Shown here in pieces: positions 24,281-36,376 of a DNA stretch of 64,000 nucleotides. The position numbers and the translations under genes are program-made. The notes below the pieces were generated by a model that worked only from the letters and a program-made list of their open reading frames with translations, ran no database searches and had not been told where the DNA came from. Every line of letters begins with the position of its first letter. Positions within the stretch are counted from its first letter, which is position 1. Origin of the DNA: Lytechinus pictus (taxonomy: Eukaryota); assembly GCF_037042905.1 (NCBI RefSeq), contig NC_087251.1, positions 28,336,001 to 28,400,000 on the forward strand. The letters are read 5' to 3'.

Positions 24281-25884
24281 CCTGGTGAGCATAATACTTG
24301 TGCTCTTACAAGTGGGTACATGGTTTGGTAATATCACCAAATATAATCCTCAGTTTCTGTGTGAAAGCACTCAATAATGAAATTGCTTGTCCGCTATGTC
24401 GCATCCGCACCACTGGCTATATTGGCAATGGAAATTAAAATGTTTAGGGAAGAAAATTAGTTTTTGTGAATGGCGATTTGTTTTATGCTTACTGTTCATT
24501 TGATTATAATGTCAATTTGGACTTAATAGATAGTTCTCAATCAAATTTCCGTTCACATCAGTATTTTGTCACTGTAAATACAAACTTGAAAGGTATAAGC
24601 AAAGTTGGCATTATGTATAGGTATATCACTGGAAACAAAAATCGTGTAAATGAAATATCATACATCCTATAAGAGGGAATTGCCAAACAGGAAAAGCTAT
24701 ATCAAGTACTCTATTTTTACCCTTTTTCCCTTCAGAGTAGCACATATTTTAGCCAAAATACAGATAAACTCTCAAAATTTGGAACGATAGCTTGAAGACT
24801 AACTAATCATTGAGACAATTTAAAATTATTACATTCCAAAAGGTAATTAAACTACTTCTATTGGAATGGTATGGTGTTTTCATTGAAAATTGATTAAAAT
24901 TCTAAAAGAGCCATTATATTTTTTGATTTCATAGAATGAATTAAGGCTTGGTATTTTTTCTTCATAACATTCACTCTCATAGGAATGATAAAGATGCTGT
25001 ACATTGAAATTAACATTTGACTGCCTAGGTTGTCAAAAAGTGGCGACTAACTGTGAAACAGTCCATATACATGTATGTAGACGACTATTACTCCTATAAC
25101 AATCCCAAGAATGTCATATTATTATTCAAAACCAAATTTGATGGAACCAATTTTGAAAAGAAAATTAAATCAATTTTGATTTGAAAACCTTTTATAACCT
25201 GGTTTAAAAAATGAGGGTTAAACTATCTTGGGCAAAATTAAATTTTCATGAAAACAGAGGATCAGATAATACAGAGAAGCAAGTACATTGCAATTTTTTT
25301 CTTTAAAAAAATAGAATGGTAGCCCTATAATTGGCAATATTGCTTCAGAGTGTCAGGCTATGAAGTGGTACAACTCTCGATTAAATTTTGTCACAAATAT
25401 AACACCCCTATTACATTTCTCATTGCAGCTTATCTCCTTAGCTAACAATATTAAAGAAATTTGTATTTGACATAACACATGTTGAGTTCACAAAAAGAGA
25501 AGTAACATCATGAGAGATATGATATTCTGTGTACAAAATATGTGATAGCGCTGCTACGAAACCAGATATTTTGTAGCACAATTGCTAATTTGAGGTCACT
25601 ATTGAAAGTTCATTGACTTTCATAACTTTGTTTTATAACCAATTTTGATACAACCTATTTTGGAAAAGAAAAATCAATTTAATCAATATAAATTAAAATA
25701 CCTTTTCTCTTTCCTCTATTTTCATTAAAGGACAAGTCCACCCCAACGATAAGTTGATTTGAATAAAAAGAGAAAAATCCAACAAGCATAACACTCAAAA
25801 TTTCATCAAAATCGGATGTAAAATAAGATAGGCCTAAGCAGCCACCAGGGCCTCGACAAGAGGCTACCAATATATAGGCCTTAT

Positions 25885-26123
25885 CTCTAAATTACAGGGA
25901 TTTAAAATTAGTCCACATGGACTGTAGTTAGGGACCAATCGAATTCCGGATTTAATTGAATCCTTCAGATTCCTTTTTTAAATCTCGAAAGATTTAAATT
26001 TAATTTAAATTTAAATCATTTGAGATTTAAATTTAAGTCTTTAGGATTAAAACAAAATCCAGAAATCGATTGGTCCCTAACTACAATCCATCTAGACTTA
26101 TTTTAAATCCCTGTAATTTAGAG
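25885..26123. mobile_element. Fold-back (near-palindromic) MITE
   Basis: Arms CTCTAAATTACAGGGATTTAAAA...TAGTTAGGGACCAATCG and their reverse complement; nearly the whole 239 bp is self-complementary. Confidence 0.8.
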
Positions 26124-26984
26124 TGGATGGGGAGTGAGACACGCCCACCCCAATCCTATCAACCAGTTAAAAAGGGATTAATCCACGCTATATAGCCAAC
26201 AGTAAGAAAGAACTATTATTGCTTGGTAATGAGGTAAAACGTGTTTTTGTGGGATATGTATATTTTGATAATTGTGATTATCTTGTTTTAATTCTGCCTA
26301 CTTTTCATTTACAATCAAAATAACAAGTGAGATAAGATTTTGTTTTAACCACAAATGCTCTGAAAATAGTGACTATGTTAATCCGATTATCCGAAAACAC
26401 GAAAATGTGTTTAGTTATCCAACTATGACGTCATGTTGATTTCGATGAAAGACCAAAAGGTAGGTTAGTTTGAAATATTTAGTACGCGAACAGCTATATA
26501 ACTTCGTAATGCCATTTAATATAAACATGGATGCATGCTTTACAGTGCAACTTTCTCAAAATTTATTATTCCTTAAATTATTTAATAGACTTTCACTACA
26601 ACTTTTTTCCATGAGTTAAAATAATATAATCCAACTTGAAGGCAGTTCCCTCTAAGGATTGGCACTATGAACTACAGTATAATGTCGGGCTAGAATGATT
26701 TTGATTAAGGGCAAGTCCACCTCGGCAAAAAGTTTATTCAAAGGGTGAGTGAAACCTTTGGAAGAAGTGGGCTTGTGTGGAAACAGAAAAAAATTAGATC
26801 AAAGAAAGTTTGAGAAAAATCGGACAAATAATAAGAAAGTTATGAGCATTTGAATATTGCGATCTCTAATGCTATGGAAATCCTCCTATTGGCAATGCGA
26901 CAAAGATGTGTGATGTCACATAATTATGTGAACAACTTTCCCTTTGATGTTTTATGTAAAGGTTCAAAACAGGTCCCTTGGAAC

Positions 26985-27265
26985 CAGGGGCGGATCGATG
27001 ATTTCCCAAAAGGGGAGGCACATTTTCCCAAAAGGGGAGGCACTTTTTCCCAATGAAAATTTGACAAGCAAAAACAAAAGAAAAAAAAAGGTTTCGCCTA
27101 GAATTGAAGGTCATTTGACACCCCCCCCAAAAAAAAGGTCCTCACTTTTTAAGGGGGGGGGGACACTTGGGTAAAGACGGCATATTTACATTATGAATTT
27201 CATTATGGCTCTCAAGGGGGGGGGGGGCACAGGCCGGATGTGCCCCCCCCCCCGATCCGCCACTG
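26985..27265. mobile_element. hAT-like MITE
   Basis: TIRs CAGGGGCGGATCG / CGATCCGCCACTG; TSD CTTGGAAC / TTTGGAAC. Confidence 0.8.
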
Positions 27266-28256
27266 TTTGGAACAATTTTTGAAGAGAATTCTTGAAATAA
27301 AGGGAGCCGCAAAAAAATGTTTTCGCTCAAAAATGAAGGCGATATTGGTAAAATTTCGACATTTTAGCATACCCATGCGGGGCCATGCAACAAAACGGAC
27401 TCCAAACCGACCAATAATAATTATGCCATTGGAAATAACTTAAAAGCTTTGATCAGTCTGAAGCCTCTTTGTTGGTGTGACTGTGATGTTAGCCGTCGTG
27501 GCAATTATGAGGAAAGCTAATTTTCTTTTTATTATCTCGTTCGTAGAAACAGACCCAGTGCAAATTTATATCATAAATATTTGATGAGACACAGGCCGAA
27601 ATCAACAAATGGGCGATTTGGAGATTGGTTATTACAATGTTTAAATTTCATTTCATTTCCATCAACAATCGGGGATGTATAGTCGAGGCTGAATATCGCG
27701 AACCCCCATAATCAGCTTTGAAAGCCCCCCCCCCCCACAAAAAAAGAAATAAAAATAAAAAGGAACCTTTTATGCTTTCATCTTTAATTCACACGCCTTG
27801 GTCGGTTCACAATCACTTATAATACATGTATAGGCCTATCCTGAAAACAATATAGAATTAAATTCACTTAATGGATATGTGGTCATGATTGATTGCTTAC
27901 AACAATGACAAGGGCAAAAGCGTGACACCGCAATTTTCATTTCTTGTATCGTCATGGAATATTTTATTAATCTAATTTCTGTTTCCAAGATATTATTGCT
28001 ATATATCGAATGATTGATTGATTACAATAAAGAAAGCAAAGAGCTGTTTTATATATATATAGCCCCTGTGTACTTTTCAAAAAATTGCGCACCACCCCCC
28101 CCCCCGCCACAGGCAAACATAGGTGTCTTAAATGCATGTTGAATTATCATATTTTATAATCACATAAAACAAGACAATTGGGGACCATTTATTTTGATAA
28201 TGTGTTTATACAACAAATCCATGAATATAATGTAATACCTCTTGAAAAAAATAATT

Positions 28257-30320
28257 ACGAGCGCGAAGCGCGAGTGATTTCTGTTTAATGTACTTCACGG
28301 CCAGAGAGCATAGAATTTTAAGCACTTTGGGCTTTCAATTTCGTTTAACTTTTCATCAGACTAGGCCCTACTAGAAGTATGTGTGCGGGAGCTGCAATTT
28401 CTTTACTAGTCGTCTTAGAGTATCCTTCAAGAATATTATTGATAACCTCTTGGAAATGATGCGACCCCGAAGGCGATCTAATCAATCTCCTTTGTTTTTG
28501 TGATAGTCCTACAAACCGATTTTAAGAAAATTTCAAAAACACGATGAGGTATCTCACAAGGCCTAAATAAATAATGCGAGCAAGAGTGTCGCTTGGCATT
28601 TTCCAGAAGGGGGGGAGGGGGTGGAGGCCCTTGATGTCGGTACCACAGAATAAAAGGAATTATTTCTGAGGTTGGTACCGATTACCGACGTCCGAAGACC
28701 AGAAGTGTTTCACATTCTCATCAGTCACATTTTCTTTCGTCATACCCATGCAGGGGCAGTTCCAGATGTCACTGATATAGGAGGGGCTTGAAAAAAATAT
28801 TTCCATTCACATTTACCCGAATTGGCGGCCAAAATCTAATTTTGTTTTGTTGTTCTTTATTAATATTATTTTTTATTCAGGCTTTGTCTTAACTAAAAAT
28901 AGAAGTTATAAGTTAAATCTTATCTTTACTCTTGCAAAAAAAATAAAGCATCTCGTGAGGTCTAAATATATCTTGTGAGCGCGAAACACGAGTTTATTTT
29001 TTTTAATGACCTGAAATTTAAGATTCTGGGCATTTTTTATAAATATGAACAAGATGCGTATCTAACTAAACAATAATGCGAGCGCTAAGTGCGAGGTGAA
29101 TTTTTCAATATACTGACCCGCAAAGCACTCATTTGCAGTGACCCATGAATAGAAAATATATAAATCATCAATCGAATATCACGAGCGCGAAGCGCGAGTT
29201 GAAATTTTTCAATATCTCGATATAAACTGGATATTCTAAGTACATTTTAACCATGAATAGGATGGGTGCATATGCCTAACTTATTGATTCCAAAACGATG
29301 CGCGAACTGAAATTTTGATTTTCCGAACTGAAACCTGGACATTCTTAGCACTTTTTGTCATCGTAAACAATATGTATATCTAACTAAATATGCGAGCGCG
29401 AAGCGCGAGCTGAAGTTATACTGACCTGAAAAGGGACCTATTACATGGACAGAATCTATATCTCACCAATCAAATAATGCGAGCACGAAGTGCGAGCTGA
29501 ACATATTTTAGATTCTGATTGATAACTGAACAGGTTAACCACTTTCTGCAATTATAGATATGATGGTTATCTAATCAAACAATTAATACGAGCGCGAATC
29601 GCGAGCTGATTTTATTTTATATTGATACCTAAAAAGTGAACAGTTCAAGCACGTTTTTAATAAGAACATGGTATTAGAGCGCTAAGTGTGACTTTTTTAT
29701 ACTTAGATTTAGACCTAAAAAAGGACATTAAAAGCAATGTAACCATGAACAGGATGGGTATAATAATGTCTAAACAATTATTGATGCGAGCGAGAGGCGC
29801 GAGCTGAAGATATTTTATTTTCAGACACGAAAACTGAACATTCTTAGCATGTTTTGCAATCAAGAACAGGATGGGTAAATAACTTGAAAATCGATGCGAG
29901 CGTGAAGCGCCAGCTAAAAATTTTGATTTTTTTATCTCTGGACACGAGGCACATTTTGTAATCATAAATAATATGCGTATCTAACTAAACATTTCATGCG
30001 AGCTCGTAGAGAGATAAGATATTTTTGATATATTGCACTGAGTCAGAATGAGTATCATTTGAAAAGATAACATATTTCACCAATCAAATAATGCGAGAGC
30101 GAAGCGCGAGCTGAATTTAAAAAAAATTATTTTCCGTTATGAAAACTGGATATTCAAAGCACTTTATGCAATTCTGAACAAAATGGGTAAGTAATGAAAC
30201 TAGCGCAAAATGTTGATACTCCTATACGGAAAAACTGACATTTTCAGTATAGTTTTTGTAATGAACATGATAGGTATATCTAACTAAACAACTAATGCGA
30301 GCACGAAGGGCGAGCTGATT
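28257..30320. repeat. Degenerate array with GCGAGCGCGAAGCGCGAGC core, ~90-120 bp period
   Basis: Core recurs at about 28258, 28977, 29078, 29182, 29392, 29479, 29589, 29786, 29896, 30093 and 30297; reverse complement of the motif in 1-900 and 7920-8250. Confidence 0.75.
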
Positions 30321-30797
30321 TTTTTGTTTTATTTTTCGACGTTTAAACTGGATATTTTTAGCACTTTTTGTAACCACGTACAGGACAGGGGCGTAACAGG
30401 GGTCGGTGGTGGGGGAGGGAGGGGGGGGGGGGGCAAGAGCCCCCGAAATTTCCCGGACATATTATGATGTGAACTGGATTTTTGTGGTGTGTGTATACGC
30501 GAGCGTTGGCACGAAGCTCTATGCGGGAGCAACGTGATGAGTAAAAAAAAAGAATAAATAAATTTAAAAAAATGAGGGGGCACAGTATGGCGCGTGTGGC
30601 AGTAGTTTCTTTATTAAAGTCCCAAGCGAGCGATAATTTAAAAAAAAATCTTACTTAGTATTAGATTTTGACTTGATATGAAAATATCATTATATCTTAC
30701 ACGTTTCCGATAATTTTTTTTGTTTTGAAACAAAAATAATAATTTTTTGATAAAATTCTTTCTTTTCTTCTTTTGGCGCCCTCCTAAGTTTAAGGTC

Positions 30798-31070
30798 AAT
30801 TTGATGCCCCCTCATTTTATGTAAATTTGACCCCCCCCCCGGTCGAATCTCGAATTGACGTACCAATAACGATGAAACAATAACTCGGCGCCCCCTATCA
30901 ATTTTGAGACCCCCTGCAGGTTACCATCAAATTGGCGCACACGCCCCAAGGTTTAACATCAACACGAATAGTGCAGTAGGTTCTTAACGTGCAAAGGTGG
31001 TGATTCTCCTCTACACGGGGCCTCCATATATATATATATATATAAAGGAAGAGGGCCCTATGCATAACTT

Positions 31071-31151
<81 letters not shown>

Positions 31152-31320
31152 TGAAAGAAATTGATGCCCCCCTCATTTTATGTCAATTTGACCCCCCCGG
31201 TCGAATCTCGAATTGACGTACCAATAACGATGAAACAATAACTCGGCGCCCCCTATCAATTTTGAGACCCCCTGCAGGTTACCATCAAATTGGCGCACAC
31301 GCCCCAAGGTTTAACATCAA
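30798..31320. repeat. Near-identical ~160-bp direct duplication around a (CA)n(TA)n microsatellite
   Basis: Copies at ~30798-30962 and ~31159-31320; microsatellite at ~31071-31148. Confidence 0.85.
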
Positions 31321-31418
31321 TTCGGCACCCCTTAGGTTTAACATTGATTTGGTGCCCCCGGCCGAATATCAAATTGGCGCCCCAAAGGTCGAACATCAAT
31401 TTAGTGACCCCAGGTCAC

Positions 31419-31462
<44 letters not shown>

Positions 31463-32972
31463 GAGTTCTATTCCAAAAACGAGCTAAATTCTATTTTAAC
31501 ATTTTTCCGTAAATAAAGGTTTTTTAATTTACCACTTTCCCTTATCCACAGCTGCTTTATTTTGATATATAATGATAGTAGATAGTACTTTCGTTTTAGA
31601 TTAATCAAATAATGTTTTTAAAAATTTAGCATCCAAAATCAATTTTTAAGAATTTTATGAAATTTTAATTTTGTATGGATTTAGCTCCTTATGGAATAAA
31701 GCCATAGTTGAAGGTCCATTTTTGTCAATTTAAACATGTTTAATATTGGAAATTGAACACACAATATTGCTAGAAGAGTACATTTGCATCATATCTGATT
31801 TTTATTCATTAAAAATTTTAAAAAGAATAAAATTATATTTTTTCAACTTTTCTAAGGACTGTCACCTTTTGATGTTGAATGAGCTTAAAGACCCTGACCG
31901 GTGTAAAAACAGTCATATATCAAAATAAAGGTAATGATTCATACAATACAAGTATACCAAAAATATTACATATATCTCCTTCCATTTCTGACAAATATTA
32001 AATAAAAATCAAAGAAACTGCTCCTCCAAAGTACGCTTCGATTGAGCACCCCCACGTCGCCTGGAAATGATGACGTCACGTTGTGTCAGGAGGGTTGTGA
32101 TTCCATAGGTTTGTGTACAAAAGCATTGGGTATTTTCTTCCATTTCCATGTTATGAATCCATATTTTGTTTCGTTTTCAGATGAAAATGGCACTCAAAAT
32201 TATTCACTGTTCAAATTGTTGTAAACCTACAACTATTCACTACCTTTTTTGTGATTTCTTTGTTTGGCTCTTATTGGGCCTAAATTGCTATGTCAGGAAA
32301 AGTTGTTATACATAATCTAAATGCAGATAGAATTGAAATCTGCGCCAAATAAGCAGGAAATAAAATATGGCAAAAAATAGTTCAAAACTGTAGATTTCAT
32401 AAATTCAAGCTTGTGGGTAAAAATATATGTGATATCCCTCTGTGATAGAAGTGAAGAGAATGAAATGCGTTATCTGGAAAGCAAAAAATCACCCAGTTTT
32501 TCTGTGTACAAACCTATGGAATCACGACGCTTCTTACACAACGTGACGTCACGGTCTCGAGGCAGGTGAAAAGCACAATAAAGCATATTTTCTAAGCGGG
32601 GTTCGAAGCCCGATAATTGGAATATTCACAAGCAAAATACTCAGCTGGGAAGCGGTGAAAATGCATAAAGCATACCTTGCTGTATTTAGTAGCTTATAAG
32701 CTTTCGAGTGGTATATAATTTATCAATTTCATTTTCGGGTCCGGTCTGGATCTTTAATCTAATTTTTTTCGTAAAAATAGTAAAATTATGTTATTTTCAT
32801 CAAGATGTGCACATATGGTGTGAACTTGTATCCACAGCGTATACCTAAATAAAATGAATTAATAACTCTATATCAAGTAGTAAAATTAAACAAATTTACA
32901 TGACCCGGTAGTGGATTTAGCTCCGTTTAGAATAAAACTATTTGGGATTTAGCTTCTTTCGGAACAAAACTC
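31463..32972. mobile_element. TIR element with GAG...CTC termini, hosting a Kolobok-like insertion
   Basis: GAGTTCTATTCCAAAAACGAGCTAAAT vs ATTTAGCTTCTTTCGGAACAAAACTC; GATTTAGCTCC motif repeated internally; no clear TSD. Confidence 0.5.
31889..32753. mobile_element. Kolobok-like non-autonomous element
   Basis: TIRs AGACCCTGACCGG / CCGGTCTGGATCT; TTAA TSD (31885-31888, 32754-32757); second copy at 9345-10166. Confidence 0.9.
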
Positions 32973-33529
32973 AAATTTTGAATTAATTTTTACTTACCAC
33001 CCCCCAAAAAAAATCAAATTCCCTCAAGGAAGAAAATAATTGAAGAGAATTCAAAGAAAATTAAGTTGAACTAGTTTCAATTTATTCTTCATATTTTTGT
33101 ATGATTTTTTTTCTTTATGTCACTTTCTGAAGAATGAATTGAAACCAGTTAAAGTTAAATTTTCTTCGAATTTTCTTCGATCATTTTGTCATTGAAAAGA
33201 AAAAAAAATTGTTTACAGTTAATCAAAATTTTACTTACAATTTGGATTATGAAATCAAATGACTTCTTAAAATGATTTCATCAATTATTCTTCAAATCAA
33301 ATCAATATATTATTTCTATTCCTCTTTTCTCTTCGAGAATGCCCTGATGCATAAAATGAGTTCTGATCATCTGAGTAATTTCAGCACTCATTATTTACCA
33401 AGTAATAAAAGAAAATAATCATTACACATGTAGCTTCCGTTGAATTTTCCACGGGCTCTGCTAGTATATGTATGATTTTGGTTTTGAATAAATAAACTTG
33501 AACTTGAACCTCCATCCTTAGTTCAATGA

Positions 33530-33963
33530 AGGCCGCCATGATAAATGGGCTTCTGTGTAAAGTATCAATAGCTCCACCTTTTGATAGCTTCATGACACCG
33601 CGCGAACTTGTAAATAACTCATCAGTCACAAATCGATGCTCTGAAAACGGGGGCCCCTTGTCTCCAGCTGATTTGCGTGAAGAGTCGGCACACGCCGCAG
33701 GACCGCACACAGCAGGTGCATGCTTTTCTTGCTCAACCACTCACAAATGCTGCATGCAGCGAAGGAGACAGCATCACCATCTATTTATTTATAATGAGAT
33801 GCGACTCTGTGAAATATTCGCGTCATTTGCAAATTATGATCTTGCAATTAAATCGTGTGGATATTCAACACATTTCGACGTCTTTTGGAATTATATATTG
33901 AGGAATATATCAGGAATATAACTGCGAATATATGAGGACAGCACGAAGTGGTGGTTTCTATTG
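33530..33963 (+). promoter_or_regulatory. Probable promoter and first exon of a second transcription unit
   Basis: Non-repetitive CpG-rich patch, YY1-like GCCGCCAT near 33532, consensus donor TTG|GTGAGT at 33963/33964; CpG becomes scarce in unique sequence downstream, as expected of a methylated gene body. Confidence 0.45.
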
Positions 33964-35041
33964 GTGAGTGATTGATTTTTCTTTCAAATCTCCTTTTCCT
34001 CCCAGATGACCTCGAGAGCTGACCCAATTGTCATTGTTATCATATCGTCTCTGGCCGTGAACTGACCGAGCAAACTGTCAGTGTGAAGACAAGAGAGTCC
34101 AGTCCATGCAGATTGCAGGAATTGTACGTCTTTTACGGGGGAATTGTTTGTTTAAATTCTGTTACCCTTCAATCATATATATATATATATATATGTAAAT
34201 GCGCCGATGCAGCTGGAAAACACCAATTGCATGGGTTGAATTTAAGAAATATTGCAATTACCATGATTAATATGCCTTCTCTCTATACTGTCTCTGTGAG
34301 ATTGTTCAAACAAGAATGATGCATGGGATGGGGCGAGGAGTGATTAAATTAATTTGTGAAAAAGAAAAAAAAGAATGTCTGAGGAGGGAATGCAGGATAA
34401 CCTCCCCAAAGCAATTGCCCATTTGATCTGTACTGGACTGCAAGCCACTCCATTTTATTACCCTTTCTTCCTTGGAATCTGGTCAATAGTCATATATTTT
34501 TGTGTAATTTCAGTGAAATGAAATTGAAGATTTAATTCAGATTGTAAAAAAAAATCCATCCCAAATGAAATGAATTTCAGGTAATTTTGATTAGAATGAG
34601 ACAGCAAATGAAACAGTTGCAGAGTTCAGTTTGTCAAACTTGTTTGAAATGAGCTTGAAACTCCTATGTGGAAATAATTCAAGTAGGCTATGACAATGGA
34701 GTGAATACCTGTCTATTTGGGCTGTGATTGACATATGACCTATGAAAAAATTGCCTCAATTGCTTCTAAGTTATGCTTTATACAGTCTTTTCAATCTACT
34801 GTTCACCCCATGGTAGAGGTCACAGAAGTATTCAAATCAATAATGTTAATTGGTTTTGTAGAGAAAGCCCTAGCTTGCTATGTAGCTTTTATCCAACTTG
34901 CACCACAAAAATTATCTATTTCAACTTTCACTTTATCCAGAGAATCTATACATATAGATCCTAGGACCATTTAATCATGGACATATTGTCCATGATTTAA
35001 TAAATAAAATCTGTAAATTATATGATGGATAATAAGAATGA

Positions 35042-35250
35042 TTCATTTTAATGGTTGTGATTGTTTTACCTGATTGCTAAGAAAGCATGAATGCTTGTAA
35101 GCAAGCAACCAGAGGACCGACGGCTTAAGGTCCTCTCCGAAGGACCTGGTACTGAGGATTAATGCCTTACCAAAGGGCACTAGCGCACCAAGTGGGAATC
35201 GAACCGGGGTCACCGGAATACGAATCCCCCGCTCTACCGACTGAGCTGTC
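35042..35250 (-). mobile_element. tRNA-derived SINE
   Basis: Minus strand: A box AGCTCAGTCGGTAGAGC, B box GGTTCGATTCC, then non-tRNA body CCCTTTGGTAAGGCATT...GGTCCTTCGGAGAGGACCTTAAGCCGTCGGTCC and an A-rich tail. Confidence 0.85.
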
Positions 35251-36279
35251 AATGATCAATGGGTCAATTATTCAACAATTAGCAGACATTTTTATAAAAT
35301 CTAAAAAGAAAAAAAGGAACACCTTCCGGAGCACCTCTCTGTAGAAACAAATTAAAACATACTTGACAAATCATCCTAATAAGAGAGCATTTACTCCCCT
35401 TGCTTTCATGGTTCACTTTAGCATGATTCATCCATACTCCAGACCTGTGGTAATGAAGTCCTATTTTAGAAAGCTTCTATGAAAGGAATGTCTAATAGAT
35501 TTTATTATTGACTGCTGGAGAAGATTTTGTTTCATATTGATCTATTCTTTGTGTGTCTTCTTTTGTAGTAGAAATAATACCACCCTGTCTCCAGCTGACC
35601 ATAGCTTGTTGACAAGATGGGAAATACATTAAAGATTTATCTTTTATTATGCTGAAAAGCATGTCTGTAGAAATTATTTACTTGGATATATTAGATAAGT
35701 ATTGCAAGGTACTTTCATTTTCAAATGATGGTTTTGAGAATGAACATTGTTTTGATATATGAGTTGAATGCAATATTTGAACTTATGTTAGTTATAGTAA
35801 ACACACAGAAAGTTTACTACTTCTGTGTAAAAATTATAATTTGTGATCAATTACATATATACTGTGCTAGTGTTTTTCACCTTTTATTTTTACAACTAAA
35901 ACAAAGATTGATGAAGGCAGAACTAGATGATGGTGATTTATAACAATCAGTCTATGAATTTGTTAATCAGGGAAAATCATTGAAGCAACAACAGAGAGAT
36001 GAAGTTTAAAAAAAGTATGAATTATGCTGTTTCCATTTATTTTTATTTTTTATGTTTATTTTTCATCATGTCTTAAGGTAAAAGTAATTAAGAAAAACAA
36101 TTCTATGTGTAGTTACTTAATAAAGCTTTCATTTGCTTTTCTACTACTACTATATTTTCATTCTTTCAGAAAGTTCAGTAACCAAAAATGGGATACTCAG
36201 CTATCATTCTGTCTGATAGCTGCACATTTGTAGATTTATCTTCAAACACCTAACCAAAGCAATTTGATAAAATCAAGAG

Positions 36280-36376
36280 ATGGCATCGAGGAGATTGAAT
36301 CGAGGATTTGGAAGCCCCCAAGGTTTCACTGGTTTGAGAGATGCAGAAATTGCAAAGACAATCAAGAAGCTTGCCG
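36280..36376 (+). CDS. Candidate coding exon of an unidentified small protein (MASRRLNRGFGSPQGFTGLRDAEIAKTIKKLA)
   Basis: Exon bounded by acceptor TTTTCATTCTTTCAG (36169) and consensus donor CCG|GTAAGT (36376); ATG in GAGATGG context; could instead be a uORF or UTR exon. Confidence 0.4.

Noticed and set aside
33381..33921. Overlapping 119-aa (-) and 131-aa (+) ORFs
   Set aside because: No recognisable domain; best explained by the higher GC content of a promoter or first-exon region.
33964..34005. 42-nt GT...AG mini-intron
   Set aside because: Very short for an animal intron; a pyrimidine tract just after a first-exon donor is common, and no evidence supports its use.
35179..35250. tRNA gene on the minus strand
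   Set aside because: A and B boxes are present but the acceptor stem is not intact and the sequence continues into a SINE body and tail.
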